From assembly GCF_009914755.1 (NCBI RefSeq), contig NC_060930.1: a stretch of 64,000 bases of DNA. One strand, 5' to 3'. Shown piece by piece: positions 15,069-29,837 of this stretch (positions are counted from its first letter, which is position 1; every line of letters begins with the position of its first letter). The stretch is from the human T2T-CHM13v2.0 reference genome, Homo sapiens. The notes under the pieces are model-generated. The model had not been told where the DNA came from, did no database searches, and saw nothing but the letters and a program-made list of their open reading frames with translations. The translations under genes were made by a program, and so were the position numbers.

Positions 15069-15687
15069 TGTTGACGAAGAGCCAAACTCTGTAAAATATT
15101 TGAAGAGATTTATTCTGAGCTGAGTATGAGTGACCATGGCCTGTGACACAACCCTCAGGAGGTCCTGAGAACATGTGCCCAAGGTGGTGGGGAGCAGCTT
15201 GGATTTATACATCTTAGGGAGACATGAGACTTCAATCAAATACATTTAAGAAGTACATTGGTTTGGTCCAGTAAGGTGGGACAACTTGAAGTGCTGGTGG
15301 GAGGTTTGGGGGACCTATTGCTATTAATAGCTTATAGGTAGATTTGAAAATGTTCTGGTTGACAATCAGTTGAGTTTATCTAAAGACTTGGAGCAAATAG
15401 AAAGAAATTAAGATAAGTTAAGATAACAGGTTGTGGAGACCAAAGTTCTTATTTACAGAGGAAGCCTTCAGGTAGCAGGCTTCAGAGGGAACAGATCACA
15501 GATGTTTCTTATCAGAGGTAAGGTCTGTGTTGATGTTAGTGCTGTAGGATATAATGAGGTCTGTCCGGCCCCCACTTCCCGTCGTGGCCTGAACCAGACT
15601 CTCAGGTTAAAATTTAAGAGTGCCCTGGCAGAGGAGGAGGTTCATTCAGATGGTTGGGGGGCCATAGAATTGTATTTTTGGTTTACA
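15069..15687 (-). mobile_element. MER4-family ERV1 solo LTR
   Basis: TG..AAACTCTGTAAAATATTTGAAGAGATTTATTCTGAG..GGTCCTGAGAACATGTGCCCAAGG..TTTTGGTTTACA. Confidence 0.85.
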
Positions 15688-16174
15688 GGCTCGCCTGCCT
15701 GTGGGCCCCTTTGTGACTGCCCAGGCAAGCCGCTAACGTGAACGTGCTCCTCTTACTGCCGCCTTCTAACCCAGGTGACATCAATCACTTACTCTCTTTC
15801 TGCTCTTTGCTCTGGTCCCAGGGAAGCAGGTCCTTTTACTCCTTTCCTTCCCGGGCTTGTGCACGCTGGGTCAGGCCCCATCTCACCATGACTGCTCATC
15901 TTTTTGGGCACCAGAGCAATAAGGAAGCAGGACTCAGGCCCCCAACTCCTAACTCCAGGTGAAGCCCACCCTGAGCTCAGGAACAGAGCTGCCTCCATCG
16001 GGTGTGGAGAGACAGAGCCTCCTCCCCAGCCATGCCTCCTCATTGGCCCATGGGAGCTGCTGTGACTCTGACCCTGTACCTGGCTCTGTCAACTGGAATA
16101 GTCAGTGGGCAGCCAGCACACCTTTGGGTGCCATATGTGGTGAGATCCTATCCTGACTTGACATTTTAAAAAGT

Positions 16175-16935
16175 TGTCTATAAAAAGAGCCAAACTCTGT
16201 AAAATATTGGAGAGATTTATTCTGAGCCAAACGTGAGTGACCATGGCCCGTGACACAGTCCTCAGGAGACCCGGAGAACGTGTGGCCCAGGTGATCAGGG
16301 CACAGCTAGGTTTTATACATGCTATAGGGCATAAGGCATCAATCAATACATTTAAGCTGTACATCAGTTCAGACGGGAAAGGTGGCACACCAGGAAGCAG
16401 GGGCTTCCAGATCACAGGCAGATTCACAGATTTTCTGATTGGCAGTTGGTTGAAAGAGTTCATCTAAAGACCTGGAACCAATAGAAAGGAAATATCTGGG
16501 TTAGGATAAGGGGTTGTGGAGACCAAGGTCCTTACTATGCTGATGCAGCCTCCAGGTAGCAGGCTTAGAGAGAATCGATGGTAAATGTTTATCAGACTTA
16601 AAATGTGCCAGAAACTTAGTGGAGTATTTCCTGGATGAGGAAAAAGGCCTGGAAAGGGAACAGGATTTTCTACAGAATATAGACTTTCCCCACAAGAGAC
16701 AGCTTTGCAGGGACATTTCAAGATATGGCCAAGAAACATATTTAGGGTTAAAATATTTGGATTTTCTTCCTTATCTGTCATGTGAAGTTACGCCAGAGTA
16801 AGGTTGGAAAGAGCCGAGTTACACAGGGTTAGTAAGACCCCTCCAATGAGGCTTTGTGGTTTGTAGGGTGACCTCCCCAGGCCCCTTAGGTAGGAATTTG
16901 GGCAGGAGAAGAAAAAGGTCAGAGTTTAGTCCTCA
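16175..16935 (-). mobile_element. MER4E-like ERV1 solo LTR
   Basis: same MER4 end motif; other terminus GGTCAGAGTTTAGTCCTCA. Confidence 0.85.
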
Positions 16936-18524
16936 AGGCACAGACTTATGTTCTTGACCCTCCTTCCATCTGGTGGTACATTCAGGCTAATGGAAAAATC
17001 CTACGTATTCCACGTTCGGTCCGTCCTCCCTCCTCCTGCCTAAAGGGTTCTAGATGTGTGTAGTGATACAGCTGGGATGGTTATTTCTTCAGGAAGCGTC
17101 ATCCTGTTCTTCTTCTTCCTGTTTATCCTCCTCTTCCTGCCCAAATTTCTGCTTCTCACACTGGAGTCCTTTTGTGTTTCATTCATACATTAACTCAAGG
17201 CCTGGATCCAGAAGGCTGATTCCTGTTAGTGCCTGCAGTTGATGTTTTCTCTATGACACTCTTAGCTGACTGGCGGCTGTCTAGATGAGGGTTCAAATCC
17301 AGACTCCATCACTCACCTGCTACGTGACATGGGCACCTTCTTTAGTCTTGTTGAGCTTTGTTTCCTCATCCTTAAAAACAATACCAATGACAACAACAAA
17401 ACTACCATGCAGAGCTTCCATGCCCTGCACAGAGACTAGCGAGTAATGAAGTAATAATACAGAGTCAGCCCCCATTCCCTATGCAGTCGACTTCTGCAAG
17501 GTCCAAGCTCACAGTGCAAATTGCTCCTGCAAAGCTACTTTGATTAGGCTCATTCCTTGACCTTCTTCCAGACAAATACGTCTCAGACAGGGAGAAAAAA
17601 TAAGTCCTTCATACATCAACTGGTGTTACCAGACGTGGCACTGAGTCCCAGAGTGTGGTTCTAAGATGGACTGAGTTCTGCTTTTCCAATGGCAGCAACA
17701 CCACGTGGAAGTGTTGAGGGGGCCTCCTTCCATAGGAGCTGACCGTGGCATCTGTGTTTTCAGGTGTCTGGGCAGTTGCATGCAGGAGACTTGGGCTGGT
17801 GTGTCACTCTTCTCACTTCACACTGAGCTGCCTGGTTGCCTGCGAAACTCTGCAGGGTCTTTGGGTTCCTGTTGGACCAGTTCAGCCTGTCATTCTGCCA
17901 CGTCCTCCTCTGGCAGGATGGCCGCTGGCCCACACAGCACCAGTCCCAACAGTGAGGCAGGTGGCTTCCTCAGTGGCGTTTGGCAACGTGGCTTTCTATC
18001 TGTTGGAATACAGGTCAGTCCTCTTCACACCCTTCCGTTTCCCTAATGATTCCCCAGGTTGTCCTGAGAATGCAAATCAGTTTCCAGGAGCTGGCACTCT
18101 CCACATTTGGGCTTTCATGATACCTGGTGGTCAGCTCACCCACCCCCAAGGGCAGTCAGCGGGGGGATCTTCCAGGAACTCTTGGTCATGAGAGTGGTAA
18201 CTTCCTGATGTGCCTGCACAGACACAGTGCGTGTGTTCATTGGCAGCATCCTCACACCTGTGCAGCATCAGGCAGGCCTGGCTCTGCATGAGGCACATGT
18301 CCCAGCAGGCTGGCTGGACCAGCAGGTTCTGCCCAGTCAGACTTCCCCACCACACCAAGCACAGACAGGATGCTGGGTCCACACCCTGCTTTCATCTGTG
18401 TCCAGCTCAGATGCAACCTTGTGCTCCTCACGGGTTGTATGCTCGAGTATCCAAGAAGTGAGTCTTTTGATTGGACCTGAGCTAATCTCTCTCAGATTGG
18501 TGAAAGTGCAATGAGAATGGATGC

Positions 18525-19120
18525 TGTGTATTGCTGTTAACTCTGGTTATCCTGCAGTGGCACAGAACACTGGGCTCCTTCCTCCCGCCTAGCTGTGATT
18601 TTGTGTCCATCACACATCTCTCCCTACCCCTCCCCTCTCCCTACCATTTCCAGCCTCTAGTATCCTCCATTCTACTTTTTAACTCTATGAGATCATTTTT
18701 TTCTTTTCTTTTCTTTTTTTTTTTTTAGCTCACACATATGAGTGAGAACGTGTGGTGTTGAACTTTCTGTTCCTGACTTACATCACTTAATATCTTGTCC
18801 CCAGTTCCATTCATGTGGCCACAATGACAGGGTTTTATTCCTTTTTATGGCTGAATAGTATTCCGTTGTGTATATATACTGCATTCTTCATCCATTCATC
18901 TGGTGGTGGACACCTCTGTTGGTTCCATATCTTGGCTATTGTGACAGTATTGGGATGAATGTGGGGCAGATGTCTCTTTGATATACTGACTTCCTTCCCT
19001 CTGGATGAACACCCAGGAGTGGGTTAGCTGGCTCATATCGTGATTCTATTTGTGGTTTTTTTGAGGAATCTCCATACTATTTTTTATAGTAGCTGTAGCA
19101 GTTTACATTCCTACCAATAG
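18525..19120 (-). mobile_element. L1MA-type 3' end fragment
   Basis: CACATATGAGTGAGAAC..TTTTTATGGCTGAATAGTATTCC..TTGAGGAATCTCCATAC, antisense L1 3' end. Confidence 0.8.
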
Positions 19121-20249
19121 TTTTATGAATTTCTAAACCTTGTACAATAGTATTATTCTTCCCACTTTAGGGGCAAGAGATGTGAGACCCCGGCAGTTTA
19201 GGTGACCTGCTCGAGGACACACACTGTGCACAGTGGCTGAGCCTACTCCTGCCACATCCAGGAGACTTCAGAGTCCCGGGATCCCAGCTGTGCTGTGCTC
19301 CTCCTTCAGCTGTGGGATCCAAGGCATGGTTTATTCCAGGACTCTTCCATGTTTGGGAAATTTTCACAGGACACTACTGCTGTTGTTTGTCCTCCCTTTC
19401 TCAAGTCTAAGCAAAAAAAATGTATTTATGGGTAGCATTCTTTAGAATTTAGGAAACCCCGGGAGTCGTGGCCATCCCTGTCATCACACCTGGTTTCTGC
19501 TTTGACCTTTGGTACCAATAAACATGAGCAGCTGCCATCCTGTGCCCAGTCCCCGGGGTGTACCTGCAGCCCACGCTGGCTGTCTTTGCTGTTCTGTGCC
19601 CAGGTGAGATGCGCTGCAGGCAGCAGGGAGCCACACAGACAACGCCCACCCTCCTGGGACTTGGCAAGCCCAAGGCCATGCACAGGCCACCACAGACTCC
19701 CCTGATGTGGGCTCATCAGGGGAGCCAGTGGGCCGGGGGCACGTTACGGCCAGTCAGGTGCATTTGTCTCCAGTAGGATCACCCTCTGTGAAGGTAGCAG
19801 CTTGCACCTTGTTGACTGGTCACCAGTGACATGGAGTCTGGCCAAGGAGCCATCTTCACCCTGAGAACTGCGCCTGTGCCCCCAGTGCTCCTGCCTGGCT
19901 TCTGCTGTGTGCCTACAAAGCTGGGCTTTGTGCTGGCCCCTCTGCCTTCTGGCCTGTGACCTGCCTTGGCGACCTACCCTTAGCCGGTGGAGCCTTCCAG
20001 CTGGCCTCTGACCATGGGGCTCTCCAGGCCCTGAGTCACTGCTGGCCTGACCAATTCAGGTGTCCTGGCTTTTGCTGCAGGGCTTCTGTCCTGGGTCTCC
20101 TGATTGTCCAGTTCTGGGCTCCCCCTCCACAAAAGAACGGCCCCTCCTGCAAAAGCTCTGGTCAGGGCAAATCCAAGGGCAGAAGAGGCAGATTGCAGGT
20201 CAGGCAGAGAGTGGACGGGCAGCTGCTGGGCCACTGTCTCCACCGTTCT

Positions 20250-20530
20250 CTGGCTATCTCTGTCTCTCTCTCTCTGACTTTCTCTCTCTCTGTCTCCCTC
20301 TGTCTCTCTATCTCTCTGTCTCTTTCTCTTTCTGTCTCTCTCTGTCTCTGTGTCTCTGGCTATCTGTCTCTGTCTCTATAACTCTTTCTGTCTCTCTGGC
20401 TATCTCTGTCTCTCTGCCTCTTTGTATCTTTCTGTCTCTCTCTGTCTCTGTGTCTCTGTCTCCCTATCTCTATGTCTCTGTTCTTCTCCCTCTGTCTCTG
20501 TCCCTCTCTGTCTCCTTCTGTCTGTCTCTT
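20250..20530. repeat. Degenerate (TC/TCTG)n low-complexity polypyrimidine tract
   Basis: about 280 bp of TCTC/TGTC repeats. Confidence 0.9.
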
Positions 20531-23500
20531 GGTCCCAGCTGGCAGCTGACTTTCCTGTCCTCCCAGGCCCTGGCAGAGCCACCAGGCGGGCTCCTGTCCT
20601 GTGCTGTCCTGGACCCCTCACCCTTGTTGCTGCTCTGGGTCAGAGCGCTTTCTTCTTGAAGCATCCTCTACCCACCCCAGGGACTTGAAAACCGGATTTG
20701 AAATGCCAAATAGGTTTAAAATTAGAGCTACAGAATGTCTTCCTCAGAGCCCAGACTTCCCGAGGGGTCCTGTCAGGCACAGACAGGGCTACCACAAAGG
20801 AAAAAGGGACACATTACATTACATTACATGAACCTCAGTCACTTGTTTTCACTGACATATACCTGAGTGAGGGCGGGAAGCAAGCCCAGGGTTGGGGAAG
20901 GTTTGACAACATGGTGTCTAGAATTTATGCCAATTGCAGTCAGTAGCCGAAGAGGACAGTGCCACAGAGAAGCAGCCAAAGGCCAACTCGGGTGTCCCCA
21001 GGGCCCGTGAGGCCAGCGCACGTGAGACTGGTTCATCAGTTACCATCAAAGCTGCACGGTGGGTGCATGAGGCTGCAGCACCACAACTCCATGGCCAAAA
21101 TGGCGCTGCTGGGATCATGAGGACCCACGGCCTGCCCTCACCTGACAATCAGGAAGAATTTAGACTTTGTCAGTCTCAAAGAAGAAAATGATTATAAAAT
21201 CCATACAGTGTTCCAGGGTTATCTGACAAGCAAGAACACCAGTAACTTAGTTCATTAGATGCCTTCCAGCGACAGGATGCTACTTAGACAAGTTCCCCTG
21301 AAACTCAGGGCTGCAAGTCTCTAGATTGATTATCTGCAAATGCAGCCATCTGCTTCCTGCTGTGACACTTCATTCCTCCGCCCTGGCTGCACTGCAGACA
21401 GACGCTGGGGAGACCTCGCCTTCTCAGGGTGGCACTGTGTGGAAGCCAGGGCTCACCCGGCTCTGTTCCCACAGGGTGGGAGTTTTTCATTTTAACAGTT
21501 ACAGAATCATCTACACGGATGTCACCCTGACAGTTGTAATGTCCAGGAAAAGTTGTCATCCATGTGATTAGCACAGCTTGCCGTGTGTTCTGTTTTGATT
21601 TGGGTTTTGATTTTTAATTAACTTTGACGAAAATCTTTTAATAAAAATCTTTGCTTCGAATTTTGAAAAGGTACACAGCAACCTGCAACACACAGGCAGA
21701 TGATCAATTAAAAGAAGTTAAAAATAGTCCTTTTCCTGCAGAGTGGTACAAATTCACTAGTTAAGACATACTTATTAGATGTGTTAAAAAGAATGTGTTT
21801 CAGTGGAAATCTATGGCACATACTTTTAGGCTGTTCGTTGTCTTTGAACTATTTTACAACTCTTTGAGAATTGCAGGTAACTGACGGAGATATATATAGA
21901 GAGAGATAGATAGAGAGAAAGAGAGAGGGACATTCTGTCCTGTCTAGTAGTGATTTTTACTGGCTTCTTCACCCTGTAAAAAAACAGCTTTCTCTCCATT
22001 TGCAATTCATTTCAAAATTCCTTTACACCATATAAATGTTTTCACTTTTCCTTTGAACAGGTTCTAACATCTGCCTAGTTCCCTCCTATCGTATGTGTAA
22101 AATAAAATCTTTAACACTTCTGCATTTTAATATCTTGGTGCAAGTCATGATTTTACCTTTTTCTGAAAATTATCTTTCAGATAGTATATAGATATAAAGT
22201 AAAGAACATGCTGTACTGTTTAGATTTTTAACCCATTGCTTATATTTTATTCCATGTGAGTGAGAATGGGCTTCCGGGAATCAGAAAACATATTCTTTCC
22301 TTGTTTCAGTCGAGTATAACCATAGATGAAGTGTGTAATACTCATGGAATTTTCCACAGAAAAATGTGCGTATATTTTGCATCAAACAGAGCACAGCAAC
22401 AGAAAAATCAAAGGACAAAGCTTTTAGTTTGCACATAGTAGAGAATGAAAAAGATGCCAGACCCTTATCCTTGGAGAATAAAAGAAGTTGGCATGCATAA
22501 AAGAGAGTAGGACTGCCTGACATATGACACTCAGTTGAATTTAGTTTGAATTTCAGTGGAGTCCTGCTGAGAAAATAAGACTACATGAATTACCTAGAAA
22601 ACATTACCAGGCAATCCACCATTCACTGTGAGATTGTGTAATAAGCGATGTTCTTAAGGAAGTCCATGAGCACAAGAAGATGCTTGCTTTGGGAGAATTC
22701 CAGTGCCTTTACTTCCTCTTTAGTTCCTATCACTGGCCTTTTATTGATAAGTATTAGTTTGAGATTTCAAAACCCAATCTCATGTTTCAAGGTACAGATG
22801 TAACTGTACATTTGATACTCAAAAGCCGAGGATGAGGTCTCAGGATCAGCAAAACTGGCCACCTGCCTTGAGAGTGGCTCCTACCCCCTGCAGGCTCCCC
22901 GTGAGCTCAGATGGTGCCTTCAAATCCTTTGTAGAGGCTGGGGGAGGGGAAGGAGGAGCACATTTGTTAATGAGGGGGAAAATGCTGTGTGCTTTCAAGG
23001 GAAAATGCTAAATTCATTTCAATAACATATGAATTAATTGCTGTTAAGGAATAGGCACCCTTCATCTCAATAGAACCCTGTCTTTCAAAGCCTTCACTTC
23101 CGTATCCTTGAGGTTTCTCTTCAAAGAGGGCTGAGCACATTCACCCAGGCACTAGGAGGCCCTGTGCATTTTTTGTCCTGCTGTTTCCATGGATAATTTA
23201 AAAAGAATTATGAATATCTCAGTCCTTAGAGAGTCAGACAGAGAGCCCCGAGGCCGCTCAGTCTAGGTCAGCTGGAGTGGCTCCCTTTGTGGGTCCCTTT
23301 GCTGGCTGGAACCTGGCCAGAGCTCGCAGGGGACAGCACTCTGTCTTATCATAAGTTCCTCAAATGATTGTTGTATAGACCAATGCATAACCTGCTGACA
23401 CTGGAATGAAACTAGGGAAAAAATTGTATGCTTCACTGTTAAGGAAATACAGCAGTATTGAGTTAGGTAACCGGTTGGATCAAGGTTGATACTGAAAACG

Positions 23501-23699
23501 CCCATCAGCAGGCAGGCCCTTAACTTGAACTTACTGTGTCAGTAAGAAAAAGGAGTACAAATTTATCTCTATCACAGCATTTAGAATCATCTTCAACAGG
23601 AAACCCAAGCCATACTTCTTTCCCTTAGCAAAACAAACAAGCAAATCAACCTATTTTTCAGAGGTTCCTTCTGAAGTTGAAATTATCATGATTGCCCAG

Positions 23700-23954
23700 A
23701 AGGATGTCCCACCAAGAGGAGCCTCAGGCGGTAATCCCACCAAAAGGAGCCCCAGGAGGTCATCCCACTGACAGGAGTCCCAGGAGGCCATCCCACTGAG
23801 AGGAGCCTCGGTAGGTCATCCCACTGAGAGGAGCCCTAGAAGATCATCCCACTGAAAGGAGCCCCAGGGGGACAGCCCACCAAGAGAAGCCTAAGGAGGT
23901 CATCCCACGGAGAGGAGCCCCAGGAGGAGGATGCCCACCAAGGGGAGACTCAGG
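23700..23954. repeat. Minisatellite, 28-bp unit GGAGGTCATCCCACTGAGAGGAGCCCCA, about 9 diverged copies
   Basis: CATCCCACTG recurs at 23761, 23789, 23817 and onward. Confidence 0.9.
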
Positions 23955-25295
23955 CCAATCATTAGCCATTCCTCTTACTCCCAAGCTGCCTGTTTATTCT
24001 GAGACCAGAGGGTCATACATGCCCTCCCTGGCCAGGAGTGAGAATGGATTGGAGTTGAGGATGAGATGAGTTGAGCTGAATACTTCTTGTAGCTAAAAGG
24101 CAGCCAGGAGGCCTAGCAACAGAGCAGGATTCTAACACTCACTCCCTGGCCTGCAGGGCCCCTTGGGAAAGTGAGTTTTAGATGCACGTGGGGAGGAGAG
24201 AGTATGTGCAGGAGCCAGCAACTCCACAAAACGCCCATAAATTGTGTATCTTTTTACAACGTAGCCTGTGTGTGGTGAGGGGAGATTCAGGCTCCATGAC
24301 TAAGCTCTGGGTGGATTAGGGGCTGTCAAAAAGGTGAGAGGGGCTTTTGGCCTCATGGAGTTGGGACTCTTCATTTGCTAGGTGCTGATGTCCACAAGTC
24401 AAGCCAAGCAGTGGGCTGTTCAGAAGCTGGCCCAGCCCGGCCAGCCAGCAGCAGTGCCCACATCTGCAGGTGGAGCTTGGCCTGTGTAGCTGACTCTCAG
24501 GCTCACCCCTTGACTTTCCTTTCAGAGGAGATAAGGATTCTGGTTTCTCAATTAAAGAAAGGGAATAAACAACTCCAAGTCATGGTGACATGTAGATGAC
24601 GACCTCTACTTATTTCCTGGGAAAGTAGACTGAGACTTTATGGTCTTTCCTTAAGATTCATATGGAAATACATGTGTGTTGTGAGAGATAAAAAACAAAC
24701 AGACCAGCAGACTAATTTTTATTGTACCAGGGAGAGCCGCTATGCTAGAATCAGTCTTTGCAGGGTGGCTTATCGTAGACTTTCCTGGGACGGTAGACAA
24801 GTTTCAGACAGGGTGATGTAGAGCTGGGGGATGCCTCAGTCCATCAGCTGACCAGGAAACATTTTCAATGTGTCTGTATCATTCCAGGGGGTCTAGAGGT
24901 TCTACTCTCAGCTAGTCAACCATGAGAGAGAGTGGAGGCCTGCAGGGTGTGGGTCTGGCCTTGTCACAGGTAAACAAGAGGTCATCACACACCTGATGGG
25001 GTCAAGAGAAAGTGTGCATAGGGGGCCCCACCAAGGTCTGTGGGGGAGGGGGATTTTTTGTGCTGATTCTTTCCTGGAACAGAAAAAGGTGGGGGGAGAT
25101 TTGGGAAAATAAGAAATTGGAGGGATTTTATGACTATTATTGTTTTCTTGGAGCATGGGTTCAGGTTCACTTGAAAATGTTGACAAGTTCATTGTCAGTA
25201 AAAAACAACAGATTTTGTAGCAAATGTTCAAGAAATGGTGGGTTGATTATAGACTTTCTTGTGTCCCAAATATCAGGTGAAATGTGGATTCTATA

Positions 25296-26170
25296 TGTTG
25301 ATGAAAAAACCTAAACTTTGTAAAGTATTAGAAAAGATTTATTTTGAGCCAAATGTGAAGACCATGATCCAGGACACAGATCCTGAGAACATGTGCCCAA
25401 GGTGGTTGGGCTACTGCTTGGTTTCATATGTTCTAGGGAGACAGAAGACATCAGTCAATGCATGTAATGTGTGCATTGGTTCAGTCCTGAAAGGCGAGAC
25501 GACTTGAAGCAGGGGCTTCCAGGTCAGAGGTGAATTCAAAGATTTTCTGATTGGTAATCGGTTGAAAAAGTTATTATCTAAAGATCTGGAATCCATAGAA
25601 AGGAGTGTCTAGGTTCAGGTAAGGGGTTGTGAAGACCAAGGTTTTATTATGTTGATGAAGTCTCATAGGTGGTACCCTTAGAGACAACAGATGGCAAATG
25701 TTTCCCATTCAGACATTTAAAAAATGCTAGACTCTGAGCTAATCACTTTGGGGTCCACAAAAGACCTGGAAAAAGAAGAGGATTCTTTAGAAAATGTAAA
25801 TTTTCCCTGCAAGACACAGCTTTGCAGGGCCATTTCAAAATGTGTCAAACAAAGTTATTTTTGGGTAAAATATTTCGATTTCTTTCAAAGCCTGCTATCT
25901 GTCATGTGATGCTATAATAGAGTTAGGTTGGAATGTGGTGTCTTATTTCTACAAAGAGTCTGTTTTGTCATGCTTAAGATCTCTGTTTTCATGTGAAGTC
26001 TGGCCAGTTGTTCCTGAATTCCAAAGCAAGGAGGGTATAATGAGGCACATCGGACCTTGCCTTCCCATCGTGGCCTGAACTAGATTGTTAGGATTCTATG
26101 GAATCCCCTTGGCTGAAAAGAGGGGTCCATTCAGTCCGTTGCGGGTCTTACAATTTCATTTTGGTCTACA
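25296..26170 (-). mobile_element. MER4 (B/D-like) ERV1 solo LTR
   Basis: TGTTGA..GATTTATTTTGAGCCAAATGTG..CCTGAGAACATGTGCCCAAGG..TTTTGGTCTACA. Confidence 0.85.
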
Positions 26171-28587
26171 GTTATCTGAAAGTGGGAAGGGTAAGGTGGC
26201 AGGGAAAGAGGTGGGTGCAGGTACATCTGCAAAACTGATTTCTGCGCTTGTCCTACCTCTAAAACATGCTCACTCCCTCACTCCCCCGCGTTGCCTGCCA
26301 GCTAGAATGAGTTGCGGAACATGCCAAGTTTGAGATACACACACACACCTTAATTTTCATTCTTTCACAGTTGGTCTGATGAATAAGAGGTAACAGAGAC
26401 CCTTCATCATGTTCAGAGAGAAATTATAACTACTCAATGGTTAAAAGAGTATAGTCACAAGAAAGAACATCCAAAAACCAGCATCAATAACAACTTACGA
26501 TGTTAAAAAGACAGTAATTTGTAGATATTTCAAAGATAAATTGAGTCTTCGTGGTATGAGGGCATTTCAGCAAACGCTTTCATAGCGTCAGGATCTCACA
26601 GCACATTAAATCCCATCTGGGAAGGTTCACACTCAGGGTCAGGCTTTCCCTCATTTTGGCAGAGCCTGTACGTTCTACTAAAACTCTACTAAAATCCAAC
26701 AAATACTTGCTGAATGCAAACAAGTGCGAAACCCAGGGCAAAATGCTCTCTGGCTTCTGCTCACTTCTGGGCCTGGGGCAGCCCCACAGAACAAGCCTTG
26801 TTCCATCTTCAAAACACTAGGGATGGGGCAGATTTTACCAGAACCCCATGGGTACGGGAGCACTTACAGACCCTCTACTGCAGCATGGAATCTTTCTTCT
26901 TGTTTTTTAAACTTTATGTGACATTTTTCTTCATAGACCACAATGATAACAGTTGCGTGAGCTTCTAGAGACTGGCCCAGTGCATGACATGCAGTTGGTG
27001 TTAACTAATAGCTGATGAGCAGATAAATCAAGACACTCAGTTCCTACAAAATAAGAGACACAGTGTGAAGGCAGTGGGGTAAAGGGGTTTAAAAACAACT
27101 TCCGAACATCCGGGCTGGGGAGGGATGGGGGACAGAGGAGAGGAGGACTAGAAAGCGAAGGCCAGGCATGCCCATCCTCTCCGCTAAGCCCTGTTCATTA
27201 GGTTTATCCACACAGAGCTCACGTTGCCCACTTGAGTAGATACTGATCATGGCTTTCGGGCCACTGGAAATACACAGCTCAATATCATTCATTAACTGAA
27301 CACACTGGGTAAGAAAAACACAGGATATTGGGGATTCCTTGGAAAAACAGAGTCTTGCCTGTAGTGCCCACACACAGCCCATTTTCCTGAGAAGGGCCCT
27401 GGTCCCGTGTCCGGGGTGCAGACCCACAGTCTGGGACTCTGAGGGCGGTCGCCACAGGTGGGTGCGTTGCCAAATCGTGGCTGCTTGAGAACATTGGGAG
27501 ATCTTGCTACAGAGGTCCGTGGGTCCTTACCTTGGGAACGCCGGACACAGCGCACACAGCCCACCAACCCCAGACCCCTGGTGGTATCACGCTGTAAGCA
27601 CAGAACTCCTACTCGCCTTGTAGTCCTCTCCATAATCCTCTCCAGTTCTCAAAACACATCATCAGCTTGATTTTCTCCTCGGCTGTGCCAGCATAAGCCA
27701 ACCTGTTCCTTCCCACACCGTCTGGGCCTTCGGGCCCTGCCAGGTGGCACCACTGCAGAGGGGCAGGACTGAGTGGGACACATAGGTGTGTGGTTACCTG
27801 CCCGAGAGAGGGTGGCTGACCATCTGGGACACCATGCCCAGTCACACTCCCTGCCACACAGGCTGGCCCTGAGCCATGGCATTTAGGCCAAGGGGAGGGG
27901 CCCTGGCTGGCATTTGTCACACGTCTTCCCGTGTCTAAAGTGCAGAATTCGGGAAATACTTCTGAGGGCAGGATTGCCATGTAGCCAGCTGTCTGCCAGG
28001 GTTCATCCCAGGGCCCAATCCCACTGTGTGCTTCTTTACAGCTCATCATAAACAGGTCAGGACAAAAGGAGTTGCCAGCCAGGAGGGGAAGTGAGCTGGG
28101 GCCTAAATGATTGGTGATGAGCCGGGACTCACACTGCAGTGCCCACATGTGCCTCGATGGTGGCCTGACTCGCCCGTGGGGCTGGCGGGGATGAGAGTTG
28201 GCCTCTGTCGCAAGCACAGGGCTGGAGTCGTGGAAGCGGCTTCCCTGCAGCTGCTGCTGTCTCAGGTGACGGCATCTGGTACCTGAGCTGGCATTCAGTT
28301 TCTTTATAACCCACTGGGGTGGGGGTTCTGGAGGGCGGCCCTGGGCAGCAGCTCAACCAGGAGAATGGGCAGCCTGGAGGGTAGGTGGGGGGCTTAGCTT
28401 ACCTTACAGAGTTCTTTCTACAACAATTCCTTTATAAAAGTGTAGTTTTCTTTAAAAATTGTATTCTTCTTAAATTAGATATTCTTCTTTAAAGTATAGA
28501 AGTAGTATATAGGTGCATGAAATAAAAAGAGTAAACATACCCCTTTCCTCCCACCAATTCTATGTCCAGTGAAGAGTTAGTTTTCTT

Positions 28588-28588
<1 letters not shown>

Positions 28589-28643
<55 letters not shown>

Positions 28644-28790
28644 ATGAGCCTATAATACATTTTGTATATATGCATGTCTATATATACATGTCTCTATTTA
28701 TATTCACATATGGCTATATGAATATATATACATATCTTATATTCACATATGTATATATGGACATGCATATATACAAAATGTGTATATGCA
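28589..28790. repeat. Compound microsatellite (CT)n(AT)n(AC)n with AT-rich tail
   Basis: directly visible. Confidence 0.9.
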
Positions 28791-29280
28791 TTTTTAGTCA
28801 AAACTTAAGCAATAACCTTCAATGCTTGTCTTTATAAGATGTTCTCCCTTCATCATATCGAGTACCTTTCCAGTCTGTCTGTCTATAGCTTTCCAGCAAA
28901 CCCTTTCCAAAGACAGTGGAGAAGTTTCCAGCAGGAGCAGCTGCTGAGAGACCCACACTGCACATACAGGCCTTACCGCCCGCTGAGCGGGAAGAAGCGG
29001 CACAGTGGCTTCTCAAGGGACCACTGAAAAGAGGCGGTCATTGCATCGTAGCTGGAAACAAACGGGGAAAATGCCTCAGTCTCACCTGCTGACACTCGCT
29101 GAGATTTTAGAAGCCACGCGCTGCAATAGCGGCTGGAGCGAAGGGACTGCAAATAGGTCACGTCACCCAGGATGGCATTATCTCGCTTGGGGACAAAGTT
29201 CAAATTGTATGGATGTTTGTGGTTGTGAGAGCAAAGGCACGAAATTATCTTTGGAGATTTTTGGGCGTAATTTCCCATCA

Positions 29281-29837
<557 letters not shown>

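Noticed and set aside
19956-20688. Ser/Leu-rich ORFs up to 199 aa
   Set aside because: Derived from the TC-rich simple repeat.
24690-25260. Possible additional old LTR, plus scattered MIR, L2 and MER53-like fragments elsewhere
   Set aside because: Too diverged to name or delimit by eye; needs RepeatMasker.
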